Part shown: positions 25,223 to 34,230 of the stretch, piece after piece
Position numbering within the stretch: the first letter of the stretch is position 1
How the letters are laid out: each line of letters opens with the position of its first letter
Assembly (NCBI GenBank): GCA_021399345.1
Contig: JAAFKI010000014.1
Coordinates: forward strand, 1-52,524
Direction of reading: 5' to 3'
DNA: 52,524 nt
DNA from: Candidatus Heimdallarchaeota archaeon
Lineage (GTDB): Archaea > Asgardarchaeota > Heimdallarchaeia > Heimdallarchaeales > Heimdallarchaeaceae
Translations under genes and position numbers: made by a program
The notes under the pieces: model-generated
What the model saw: only the letters and a program-made list of their open reading frames with translations
Databases searched by the model: none
Told to the model about the DNA's origin: nothing

Positions 25223-25912
25223 ATGAAGAAGATTGTACTAAAGTTTGGCGGTTCTGTTTTATACAAAGAAGAAATGGTTCTAAATGTTGAGAAAATAAAG
25301 GAAATTGTTGAAACCATTAACACTCTCCATGAAGCAGGACATAAAATTGCAGTAGTTGTTGGAGGAGGAAAATTAGCTAGAGTTATCATTCAAGCAAGCG
25401 ATGTCCTTGGGCATGTATCTACTTTCAAAGACATTCTTGCAGTAGAATCAACTCGAATTCATGCTTTACTAATAATTGCTTCACTCCACAATAAAGCATA
25501 TTTGCTTGTTCCTCGTTCATTCGAAGAAATTGGTGAAGCGCTTTCATCTGGTAAAATCGTTGTTACTGGAGGTCTTCAACCAGGACAATCTACAAATGCT
25601 GTTGCAGCACTTCTAGCCGAATATTGGGGTGCTGACATGTTGATAAATCTGACAAATGTAGACAAGGTGTATGATAAAGATCCAAATCAATATGAGGATG
25701 CAAAACCATTAGATATAATTTCAGCTGATCAACTGTTAGATATCATATCACAACAAGATGAAGAACCAGGAAAATACGCCCTCTTTGATAGAGTAGGTTG
25801 TGAAATTGTAAAAAGATCCGATTTACGACTAATATTCACAAATGGTTCTGAACCTAAAAACATTCTGAGAATTGTAGATGGAGAAAAAATTGGAACAGTG
25901 GTTCAAGGATAG
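25223..25912 (+). CDS. pyrH: Uridylate kinase
   Basis: VLKFGGS, VVVGGGKLAR, PGQSTNAVAALLAE, TNVDKVYDKDP, IGT. Confidence 0.95.
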   Translation: MKKIVLKFGGSVLYKEEMVLNVEKIKEIVETINTLHEAGHKIAVVVGGGKLARVIIQASDVLGHVSTFKDILAVESTRIHALLIIASLHNKAYLLVPRSFEEIGEALSSGKIVVTGGLQPGQSTNAVAALLAEYWGADMLINLTNVDKVYDKDPNQYEDAKPLDIISADQLLDIISQQDEEPGKYALFDRVGCEIVKRSDLRLIFTNGSEPKNILRIVDGEKIGTVVQG

Positions 25913-25923
25913 ATTTTTTTTCT

Positions 25924-27195
25924 CTAATAACCATCATATAATTTGTATCGGAGAATTGCTGCTATCCCACCAAATGCATTGTATAACATAGCCCCATCCT
26001 CGTGATCAGATGAAATGACCTCTAGAGTGGCACCAGTATTCTCGGCTTTTTCATTCAATTCAGTTATTAAATCACTTTCACTTTCAATATACAATTTGGA
26101 ATTTCCACATTCAGGACATTTTTTATCAGATAATTTTTTTATGAAATCATTGTAATCTTTGCTTTTTACAGACTCAGTGGTTGTATAATCACATCCATCA
26201 CATTTAATTTCCATATTGACTCTATCTACATCTTCGCTTACTAAAACAATTTCAACAGCTGCTTTTTCTAATGCCTCTAAAACTTCCTTTTCTCCATAAG
26301 TAACTAGTCCTGTATCCTTTCCCAAATGTTCCAAGAATTTTTGTGTGAGTTGACGCTCCTTAACTAACTCAAAATCAGACAATTTATCTGCTGCTTTGTC
26401 TAAAAGTTCTCGAATCCCAACTGAACCCAAATATCCTATATCATAGATTCCTATGACTTTTTCAAGCAATCGATAATCTATTTCCTTACTTTCCAAAAAT
26501 TCTGCTTTAGATAAAGCTGGACCACCAACTACTATTGCTTCAACGGGAAAATCTTCAAGATAAACAGTATTCATGATATCTGCAATTTTACCATACCATC
26601 TTTGAGCCGCTTCTTCAGTTAATCTTTGAAAACGAGCTTGAGACTGACCACCCATTTTATGTTTACCAGGAACATTAGATTCTTCATCACGAATTATATC
26701 TAATCGGGAGCCTTGAACAGTTGCTAGTGTTGCTCCTCCTCGAGCAATTAATGCTAACCCATACCTTTGTTTACTTTCTAACATCTCTTTAAGATGATTA
26801 ATATGAAACACATAATCACAGAGATAGAGCTTAATTCCTACGGGATCTGGAGGGCTAATTAGGAAGAATTCCACCTTATTGTTTTGAGTAATTCCACAGA
26901 AGATAACAAGGCCATTCTCTCCAGAATCAGGAATAGTTTTTATCCTAGACATGATAGAGGAAAGCGCAGATTGGACAGCTTTTCCAGTGCTTTTGTCTTT
27001 AATATTTGTTGCAGTTCCATATTCATCACGCAACTGGGCATTAACATCAGATAACCTAGTACCGGGAGGAATATATAGGGTAACTAAACTTGTAGACATG
27101 TTAAAACTTTTTTTGGACTCTAATTTGTCTAGTTCATGTTTTAACATATAACGTTCTACTGATGTTCTTTTCTTTTCTTCCTGTTTCTTTGTCAT
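25924..27195 (-). CDS. prf1: Peptide chain release factor aRF1
   Basis: TSLVTLYIPP, NIKD, YLCDYVF, GGQSQARFQR, FGGIAAILRY. Confidence 0.97.
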   Translation of the reverse strand: MTKKQEEKKRTSVERYMLKHELDKLESKKSFNMSTSLVTLYIPPGTRLSDVNAQLRDEYGTATNIKDKSTGKAVQSALSSIMSRIKTIPDSGENGLVIFCGITQNNKVEFFLISPPDPVGIKLYLCDYVFHINHLKEMLESKQRYGLALIARGGATLATVQGSRLDIIRDEESNVPGKHKMGGQSQARFQRLTEEAAQRWYGKIADIMNTVYLEDFPVEAIVVGGPALSKAEFLESKEIDYRLLEKVIGIYDIGYLGSVGIRELLDKAADKLSDFELVKERQLTQKFLEHLGKDTGLVTYGEKEVLEALEKAAVEIVLVSEDVDRVNMEIKCDGCDYTTTESVKSKDYNDFIKKLSDKKCPECGNSKLYIESESDLITELNEKAENTGATLEVISSDHEDGAMLYNAFGGIAAILRYKLYDGY

Positions 27196-27361
27196 GGTAT
27201 CTCCTCGGAGTAAGGTAAACTAAAGAACTATGCTTCAGTATAGCACTTTAGACAAAATTTCAAGATTTGTTATTATCTTTTTGGTTATGAGTCTTTAGAA
27301 ATTATGAGAAATAATAGGGAAATATTTTTAGAAAGAACAAATAGTTAACATTCTGATAATA

Positions 27362-27616
27362 ATGGTGGAGAAACAACAGATAGAAATTGACTTACTAGAT
27401 ATTTTTGTTTCGCTAAACAGGGGTTTAAATCTCTCAGATGTGATGTTCCAGCTAAATAACCTTTATGCTCCAAGAGGCGAGAAAGTGGAACAATCTATTC
27501 TCATTGAAGTGTTAAATTCATTAACAGAAAAAGATTATTTAAAGAATTTTAAGGTGGGAGCATTAGATAGTTGGAAAATCACTGATGAAGGAGAAGATTA
27601 TTTCTATAGTTTCTAG
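27362..27616 (+). CDS. Small winged-helix protein
   Basis: wHTH wing signature LNSLTEKDYL...WKITDEG. Confidence 0.6.
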   Translation: MVEKQQIEIDLLDIFVSLNRGLNLSDVMFQLNNLYAPRGEKVEQSILIEVLNSLTEKDYLKNFKVGALDSWKITDEGEDYFYSF

Positions 27617-27633
27617 TTGTAAATAAGTAAGAG

Positions 27634-28401
27634 ATGAGCAGAATGGACTTAAGGGAAAGCACAGGGTTGCCCATTAGTAGTGAAGAAACTACACTAAGAT
27701 ACAGTGAAAGTGAAATTAGTGTGAAGGATGTGCTGATTCACAAAGTTGAGGATATTTCTAATTTTTTGTTGGAAAATGAATGGGAAGGAAAAGAGAAGGG
27801 TAAAGAAGTATTTAGAATCTATCGGGGGGTAAAGAAAGTTGAAGATAAACCCCTATGGGATGTAATGAGATTTGATTTCTTAATTATCCAAGCTGGAAAA
27901 TTAGGAGATGAATATTACAAGACTTCTGGTTATTATAGGTCCTTTGCAGGTACTGGGTATCGTTTTTCCGAGATCTATCAAGTTGTTGAAGGATATTCGG
28001 AATTCTTACTCCAACAATTCGGGGAGACCCATGAGAAAATCAAAGATACTGTAATGATAAGAGCGCAAAAATTTGATGTTATAGTTGTACCTCCTTCTTT
28101 TGGAGTTTCGATAATTAATCCAAGTGACCAAAAAACTGTTCTTGCACGAATCCGAGCAGACGATGCTAAGGAAATTAAGGATGACTATGAAAGAACAAAA
28201 GGTGACTGTTATATTAGGAGAGAAGAAGGGAAATGGATGTATAATGAGAACTATCATGAAATACCCAATCTGAGACTAGAACCACCTCAAAATAAATGGG
28301 GATCTTTGAAAAGAGGTATTCCGATTTATAGTATATATACATATAAACCAAGAATATTTGCCCCTCTATTAGAACCAGACCCAGCTGACTATATACTTTA
28401 A
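27634..28401 (+). CDS. Cupin-type glucose-6-phosphate isomerase homolog with degenerate metal site
   Basis: RFDFLII, LGDEYYKTSGYY, EIYQVVEG.S.FLLQ, VVPPSFG..IIN. Confidence 0.75.
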   Translation: MSRMDLRESTGLPISSEETTLRYSESEISVKDVLIHKVEDISNFLLENEWEGKEKGKEVFRIYRGVKKVEDKPLWDVMRFDFLIIQAGKLGDEYYKTSGYYRSFAGTGYRFSEIYQVVEGYSEFLLQQFGETHEKIKDTVMIRAQKFDVIVVPPSFGVSIINPSDQKTVLARIRADDAKEIKDDYERTKGDCYIRREEGKWMYNENYHEIPNLRLEPPQNKWGSLKRGIPIYSIYTYKPRIFAPLLEPDPADYIL

Positions 28402-28461
28402 TAAAATCTAAAAAGAGAAGTGTAAGAAGATAATAGTAGAATGCGAATAGAAAACAAGAAG

Positions 28462-28571
28462 TGGTGGGGCATATAAGATTTGAACTTACGACCCCCCGGT
28501 TTTTGAGTTAAATGCTTAACAAACAAATAACATATCAGCCGAGTGCTCTAACCAAGCTGAGCTAATGCCCC
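28462..28571 (-). tRNA. tRNA-Ile(GAT) with a 32-nt intron at 37/38 (28501-28532); CCA encoded
   Basis: Acceptor GGGGCAT/ATGCCCC, D arm GCTC/GAGC, anticodon arm CTCGG-CTGATA^A-CCGGG, T loop TTCAAAT. Confidence 0.95.
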
Positions 28572-28758
28572 TTTCTTACTGCATTCTTCCTAATTTATTA
28601 CTTTTAAAAATGTTTTCTTATAATTCTAAAAAAGAAAGAGGAAATGCATAATAATAAATTAAAGTACCCATGCTTTCACGTTACATGCTAAAGAAAGAAG
28701 GAACATGGTTAGTTTATTGCAAGACATTTTTTTATACTAATCTCTCCTAATAAGAATT

Positions 28759-28980
28759 CTACTCACTGTCATCTTTTGAGGTGTAAAATGGAGATTTTTT
28801 TTCGTTTTTCAACATTCGAATCAACCTATCCATCCCTTCAATTTCTTCTACACTTACTCTTGGTTTTTCCTGTAATAAATCCTGAAATCTCAAAATCTTA
28901 TTTCTACTGTCCACATTAATCTCTATCTTAGGGTTTAATTCTATTGATTTTTCAGATTCTTCTGTCATTTGCATAACCAT
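28759..28980 (-). CDS. Small hypothetical protein, paralog A
   Basis: Shares IL..(Q/E)DLL.EKPR.SV.EI.....LI.MLKN with 29177-29386. Confidence 0.75.
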   Translation of the reverse strand: MVMQMTEESEKSIELNPKIEINVDSRNKILRFQDLLQEKPRVSVEEIEGMDRLIRMLKNEKKSPFYTSKDDSE

Positions 28981-29096
28981 TTGTTACTTTAATTCCCAAC
29001 CCCATTTTACATAATGATAGGATGTATTACTTACGTATTTGGTAGATGAATATAAAAGACAATTAAAATTTTATATTGTACTTCTTTTATTACTTT

Positions 29097-29207
29097 ATGA
29101 GTCCATCAAATGATTTTGATGATTCCACTGAAGCTGGTGCTGATTTTTATCTTTTCTTGGGCAGAACAAGTAGTAATTACTTTCCAGTAACTTTTGGAGG
29201 TTTATAA
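29097..29207 (+). pseudogene. 5' remnant copy of the UPF0148 gene (36-codon ORF)
   Basis: MSPSNDFDDSTEAGADF aligns with MSPSKESDASVAAGADL at 29520. Confidence 0.7.
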
Positions 29208-29386
29208 GAGAATTTTGCAGCGTTTTTTAGCATCTTTATCAGTTTGTAGGTATCATCTATCTCTCTTACACTAGCTCGAGGTTTTTCTGTAAGCAAATCT
29301 TCTATTTTGAGAATAACTCTCCCTTTATCTGGTTTTGCAGACAACTTAGGAATGGATTCAATTGTTCGTTCTATTTTTTTAGCCAT
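29177..29386 (-). CDS. Small hypothetical protein, paralog B
   Basis: Paralog of 28759-28980. Confidence 0.75.
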   Translation of the reverse strand: MAKKIERTIESIPKLSAKPDKGRVILKIEDLLTEKPRASVREIDDTYKLIKMLKNAAKFSYKPPKVTGK

Positions 29387-29519
29387 TCAGAATCACAGTA
29401 CTTATTTCTTAGTCTTAGGAGCTTAACTATTTTCTTTTGATAGAATGTATTACTGGGATATTCATTATTTACTTGTGAAAGACAATTAACGTTTTATAGT
29501 AACTTTTCACTGTTTTCAT

Positions 29520-29939
29520 ATGTCTCCATCAAAAGAATCAGATGCTTCTGTCGCTGCAGGAGCTGACTTACTTCTAAAGGGTTGGAAGATGATCAATAAG
29601 GCATGCCCTGTTTGTGTAGAACCTCTTTATGAAAAAGATGGAAAAGTTGTTTGTGTAAAATGTAAAAAAGAATATGTTCTGGTGGATTCAAAATCTGAAA
29701 TGCCCCCAACTAAAACATCAGAAGCTCAACAACCAGCAGCAAGTTCTTCACCAAACAATTTCAGTTCATATGATTTCAGTTCATTACCACCTGCTTTAGC
29801 AGATACCGCAAAAATAATGCTGGAAAAAATAACCGATCTGAATGCCAAATTAAAAGAAACATCAGATCCCAAAGAGATATCATCAATTTCTTCTTCAATT
29901 CGTTCTCTTATTGATTCTCTCCGTTCTCTGAGTTCTTAG
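29520..29939 (+). CDS. UPF0148 / autoantigen p27 (SSSCA1-like) Zn-ribbon protein
   Basis: GADLLLKGWKMINKACPVCVEPLYEKDGKVVCVKC. Confidence 0.88.
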   Translation: MSPSKESDASVAAGADLLLKGWKMINKACPVCVEPLYEKDGKVVCVKCKKEYVLVDSKSEMPPTKTSEAQQPAASSSPNNFSSYDFSSLPPALADTAKIMLEKITDLNAKLKETSDPKEISSISSSIRSLIDSLRSLSS

Positions 29940-32397
29940 GTTCTTTTTTTACCTTTTCTCTTTTTAAGAACTCTAATTCATCCTTCATACCCTTTATCTC
30001 TTCTCCCGTCTCAATTTCGTTATAGTTTGTATAAATAAAATCAACTATGTCAGAAGCGATTTTCTCACCAACACCACGTACTTCAAAGAAATCCTCTAAT
30101 TTCGCATTCATAATCTCTTTAACCGATCCAAAATGCTTCAGCATTCTACTAGCTATCTTGTGGTCAACATGTGGTAACGAAGCAATAGCTTCTTCTAATT
30201 GCGACTTAAGACCTATTCCCTTTCTCTTACCAATTGAAATACTTCTTTTTCTCTCTTCTTGTTCTCTTCTTGCCAAAGCAAATAGAATTTCTGCTGTCTC
30301 TTTTTGATTTTGAGTGTGAATAATTGGGAGTCTAAAATCTGTAGCTAAAGAAGTTAAAGCTCCAGCAAGTGCATGTGGGTGAAGTGACGAACTGAATAAA
30401 TTGAAGTCTCCTTCTAAAATCATCACTGGTTTTGCACAACTTTCTACCAATACTTTTGTTTGCACAAATAACCGTTTATCTAAAATTGATTTGATAAAAT
30501 CATCACCAGTTTTTCTCTCCACTACGATTCGATCTGAACAAATATAGTCACCAATATCTAATCTTTCAAATCCTAGTTCTACATCTTTGTTCATCAATTC
30601 TTTAATAACGACTGAATTTCTTTCTCTACTATCACAAATTACTTTGATTTTTCCCTTTTCTTTAACGAATTTAACCTCTTTAGTTTCTTTTTCGAGGTTT
30701 TCTAGTTCTTCTAGTTTTTCTTCTTGATATTCTTGTGTCTTGGTTGAAACTTTTTCTGCTTCTTCGAGAAAATCCATAATTCCTTTTTGTTTATCTTTCG
30801 TTGTTGTTTCTTTCTTTTTTAAGGGTTTTTCAAGTCTCTTCACGAGTTTTTTCATTTTTTGAGCTTGTCTCTTAGATGACCACATGTATGCTTCGTCTCT
30901 AGTCCCCTCAGCAATGAGCATAATTACTTTTCCTTCCTTTCTTCTTCCTGTTCGTCCCTTTCTTTGAATTAATCTTATGGCACTTGGGACAGCATCATAG
31001 AAAATTACTAACTCACACTCACCAATATCTAACCCTTCTTCTGCAACACTGGTTGAAATTAATGCATTGTAAGTTCCATCTCGAAAAGATTGCATGATTT
31101 CAATTTGTTCTTTCTGGGAAAGACCTTTATCTCCTCTTGCGGAAGATTGCCCTACAAACCAGTGGGAATTTATCCCATTTATTTTGTTTAGCTCTTCACT
31201 AATTATTTTGGCAGCTACTCTGAAATGTGCAAAAATGAGTATTCTGTTGTTTGGATTACTCGATAATTCCTCAGATACAATTTCCTTTAATCTTTCAATT
31301 TTTGGGTGAATAATTTTCTTTTCTTGAAGAGTTTGAACAGATTCTACAACTTGTCGCATTTCATCTGAGAACATTAGTTCTTTTAGTGCTCTACTTCCTT
31401 TCCCAAACTTAATCTCATTGATTTGTTTTTCTAAATATTTACTCAGTGAAGGTATTCCTTGTGTTTCAATAAGTTCTATGGCATGAGATAATCGAATTGA
31501 ATTACCTACCAAAGACATGGCTCTGAAGAAGTCTGTTCTATCTTCTTGGTCTGAATTACTGTAGATTTCATTTACCCTTGCTCTTAACTGTAATAATTCC
31601 CTCCTGGGATTATTTTTTGGGGAGATTGATTTAATAATCTTAAGTTCTTTTAATCCCTCTAGGATAACCTTGAAGAGCCCATTTAGTGTATCAATAATTG
31701 TTTTAAATTCGTCTGATAGTGGAATAATTTCCCAGTTTTCATCAATTTCATGTATATATTGCCTAACATCATCTGAACTTTCATCACGCATTTCAATGTT
31801 AGTGATTCCAAGATTTGATTTAACTTCATTAATTCTTTCAATTTTTGAACCAGGACTAGCTGTTATGCCAAGCAATAAAGGATTGGTAGCTCTTTTTCGA
31901 TATTGTTCCGCGATGAAAACATAGCTATGGTCCCCAACAGCTTTATGTGCTTCATCTAAGCATAGAAAAATAATTTCCTCCAGTTTGACTCTTCTTTGAA
32001 TTATGTCATTCTGTATGGTTTGAGGCGTAGTGATGAATACTTGGCCATTATCCCAAATCTCCTTGCGTTTCTTTGGATCAATTTGCCCAGAAACTTGAAC
32101 AATTTTGTCTTGATCAATATTAAGTGAGTTACGAGTTGTGCGTTCATGTTGATCAAGTAATGGTTTTGTTGGGGCACAGAAAACAATTTTACCTTCAGGA
32201 AATTTTTCTAGCCTTTGTGCTGTAATCATAAGATAAAGTACTGTTTTACCTAAACCCGTTGGCAAAATAACTAGAGAGTTTTCTTTTATACAAGAAGCAA
32301 AGAGTGTCTGTTGGTATAATCTTGCTTCAATTGTATTTTGCTTAATCAAAGGATGATTTAGGTATTCAGTTTGGTTCATTTTAGACCACAATAACAA
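29908..32397 (-). CDS. hef: Hef helicase-nuclease (FANCM/Mph1 helicase, ERCC4 nuclease, HhH)
   Basis: EARLYQ, LPTGLGKT, DEAH, TASPG, QRKGRTGR, GDY...VERKT..DF. Confidence 0.96.
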   Translation of the reverse strand: MLLWSKMNQTEYLNHPLIKQNTIEARLYQQTLFASCIKENSLVILPTGLGKTVLYLMITAQRLEKFPEGKIVFCAPTKPLLDQHERTTRNSLNIDQDKIVQVSGQIDPKKRKEIWDNGQVFITTPQTIQNDIIQRRVKLEEIIFLCLDEAHKAVGDHSYVFIAEQYRKRATNPLLLGITASPGSKIERINEVKSNLGITNIEMRDESSDDVRQYIHEIDENWEIIPLSDEFKTIIDTLNGLFKVILEGLKELKIIKSISPKNNPRRELLQLRARVNEIYSNSDQEDRTDFFRAMSLVGNSIRLSHAIELIETQGIPSLSKYLEKQINEIKFGKGSRALKELMFSDEMRQVVESVQTLQEKKIIHPKIERLKEIVSEELSSNPNNRILIFAHFRVAAKIISEELNKINGINSHWFVGQSSARGDKGLSQKEQIEIMQSFRDGTYNALISTSVAEEGLDIGECELVIFYDAVPSAIRLIQRKGRTGRRKEGKVIMLIAEGTRDEAYMWSSKRQAQKMKKLVKRLEKPLKKKETTTKDKQKGIMDFLEEAEKVSTKTQEYQEEKLEELENLEKETKEVKFVKEKGKIKVICDSRERNSVVIKELMNKDVELGFERLDIGDYICSDRIVVERKTGDDFIKSILDKRLFVQTKVLVESCAKPVMILEGDFNLFSSSLHPHALAGALTSLATDFRLPIIHTQNQKETAEILFALARREQEERKRSISIGKRKGIGLKSQLEEAIASLPHVDHKIASRMLKHFGSVKEIMNAKLEDFFEVRGVGEKIASDIVDFIYTNYNEIETGEEIKGMKDELEFLKREKVKKEPKNSENGENQ

Positions 32398-32523
32398 TTT
32401 GCATATGATGTTTTATATTTGGATATATAAATAATAGTTCTTTTCTTATCCATTGCTCAAGTTAATGCATCTTAGATACAAAAGTCTTATAATGAAGAAA
32501 TAATAGAAAGGAGGATATCCATT

Positions 32524-34086
32524 ATGAGTTCTAACAACAATGGCTCTGAAATGCCTTCAGGAACGCAATTGAAAATTGTCACACTAGTTAGTACTGTAGG
32601 TATAGGGGTTTTCATGTCCTCCTTAGATGCTTCCATTGTGGTAGTAATTTTGGATAACATAAGATTTCTCTACGGCTATACAATCCTGTCTCTCAGTGAA
32701 TTTGGTGGCATTCCACAATTAACATGGAACTTTGTAGATGTTACACCTACACAAATACAGTGGGTGATGCTTTCATATCTTCTTGTAATGATGGCTTTTA
32801 CAGTTATCGCAGGAGATTTAGGTGACAGATTCAGCAACAAAAGAATATTTCAGTATGGAATGATTTGTTTTGCTATTGGGTCACTTTTCTGTTATTTGTC
32901 CATTGAATTTCTTACTCGTTCTATTTGGTGGTTAGTGCTCAGTAGAGTTATCCAATCTCTAGGAGCTACAGGAATGCTGGCAAATGGAATGGCTCTTGTA
33001 ACTAGATTTACTACTAAGAAGAATAGAGGAACTGCAGTAGGTATAAACAATGTTGTTATTTCTATAGCAGTAATCTTAGGACCTGTTTTTGGTACTGTAA
33101 TAAGTCAATATTGGAATATTGGTGGTGTGTTTTTAATTAATCTTCCAATTGCAGCTATCGGATTAGTGTTAGTACATTTTAATATTCCAAAAACTCCACC
33201 ATTAGCAGAAAAGAGAACAGCAGATTATCTTGGATCTTTTTTAATTGCAGTATTTCTAATGATTTTAGTTTTAAGCTTCAGTATCTTTCCTGAAACAGAA
33301 ACTATTCCGAACGCGAGAATCTTGGCGGGGCTAGCTCTGGGTTTCAGTCTTCTTGTTCTTATAGTTTTCATATGGTGGGAAAGAAAAACGTCTAATCCTC
33401 TGCTTGATTTCAAGATGTTAAAAAACAAGAAGATTTCAATAGGTTTAGTTACTGCTATATTAAAACATCAAGGGTATATAGTTATTATCTATCAATTTAG
33501 CTTGTTTTTACCGAGATTTGGTATAACCCATACTCCAATTGAACTTGGTTTAGTACTTTCAGGAGTAGCTGTTGGTATGGCAATTTTTGCAGCAGTTTCA
33601 GGAAAATTATCGAACACAGTTGATGCAAGATATTTATGTACTGGAGCAATGTTGGGTGTTGCCATAATGCTTGCAGTTCTTTCAGCATTAATTGATGTTA
33701 ATGCTCATCTGTCGATATATATTGTCTCGGCAATTGTGATAGGTATCTGTATAGGAATGTTTCAATCTCCCAATGGCAACAGTATTATGAGCGCTGCACC
33801 AAAGGAAAAACTTGGGATAGCAAGCGCTTTACATGGTTTAACAACCAGTGTAGGGATAAGCTTGGGGACAGCTATTTCTACAGCTATTCTTTCTTTCGCA
33901 GTAGGTCTTGCTTCAAATAAAAATGGCCTACCTATTTATGGAGAAGTAAATTACGCAATTGGACTCAAATGGGTATTTGGGGTATATGCTGTTGTAACCT
34001 TTTTGGGAGCAGTTCTATCATATTTCAGAGGACCAGAAGATAGAAGTGAAGAGGAACCTATAAAAAAAGTAATGAAAACACATTAA
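32524..34086 (+). CDS. MFS transporter, DHA2 (14-TM) family
   Basis: FMSSLDASIV, WVMLSYLL, GDLGDRF, GPVFG, FLINLPI. Confidence 0.92.
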   Translation: MSSNNNGSEMPSGTQLKIVTLVSTVGIGVFMSSLDASIVVVILDNIRFLYGYTILSLSEFGGIPQLTWNFVDVTPTQIQWVMLSYLLVMMAFTVIAGDLGDRFSNKRIFQYGMICFAIGSLFCYLSIEFLTRSIWWLVLSRVIQSLGATGMLANGMALVTRFTTKKNRGTAVGINNVVISIAVILGPVFGTVISQYWNIGGVFLINLPIAAIGLVLVHFNIPKTPPLAEKRTADYLGSFLIAVFLMILVLSFSIFPETETIPNARILAGLALGFSLLVLIVFIWWERKTSNPLLDFKMLKNKKISIGLVTAILKHQGYIVIIYQFSLFLPRFGITHTPIELGLVLSGVAVGMAIFAAVSGKLSNTVDARYLCTGAMLGVAIMLAVLSALIDVNAHLSIYIVSAIVIGICIGMFQSPNGNSIMSAAPKEKLGIASALHGLTTSVGISLGTAISTAILSFAVGLASNKNGLPIYGEVNYAIGLKWVFGVYAVVTFLGAVLSYFRGPEDRSEEEPIKKVMKTH

Positions 34087-34230
34087 GTTTTCATTCTTTT
34101 TCTCTAGTTAAGAAAAGTTGACGAAGTTTTTTAAAATGGCCTTTATCTTAATGCAAACATAGAGGCTTTATATTAATTGGGTGTGTAATCACTCTATTTT
34201 TAAAGCAACGAAAAACAGAAATATTAAAGG

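Larger units (their letters stand above)
29016..29570. repeat. Diverged tandem duplication with a 423-bp period (promoter boxes and 5' end of the downstream gene)
   Basis: GATAG(G/A)ATGTATTACT at 29016/29439, AAAGACAATTAA at 29055/29478, TTTTATA at 29069/29492, ATG at 29097/29520. Confidence 0.85.

Noticed and set aside
25924-27195. Stop-codon reassignment suggested by NIKD
   Set aside because: Conserved genes end at expected lengths with TAA, TAG and TGA
29097-29153. Possible box C/D sRNA (TGATGA and two CTGA)
   Set aside because: Box spacing is wrong, and the sequence is explained as a duplicated 5' end of the UPF0148 gene
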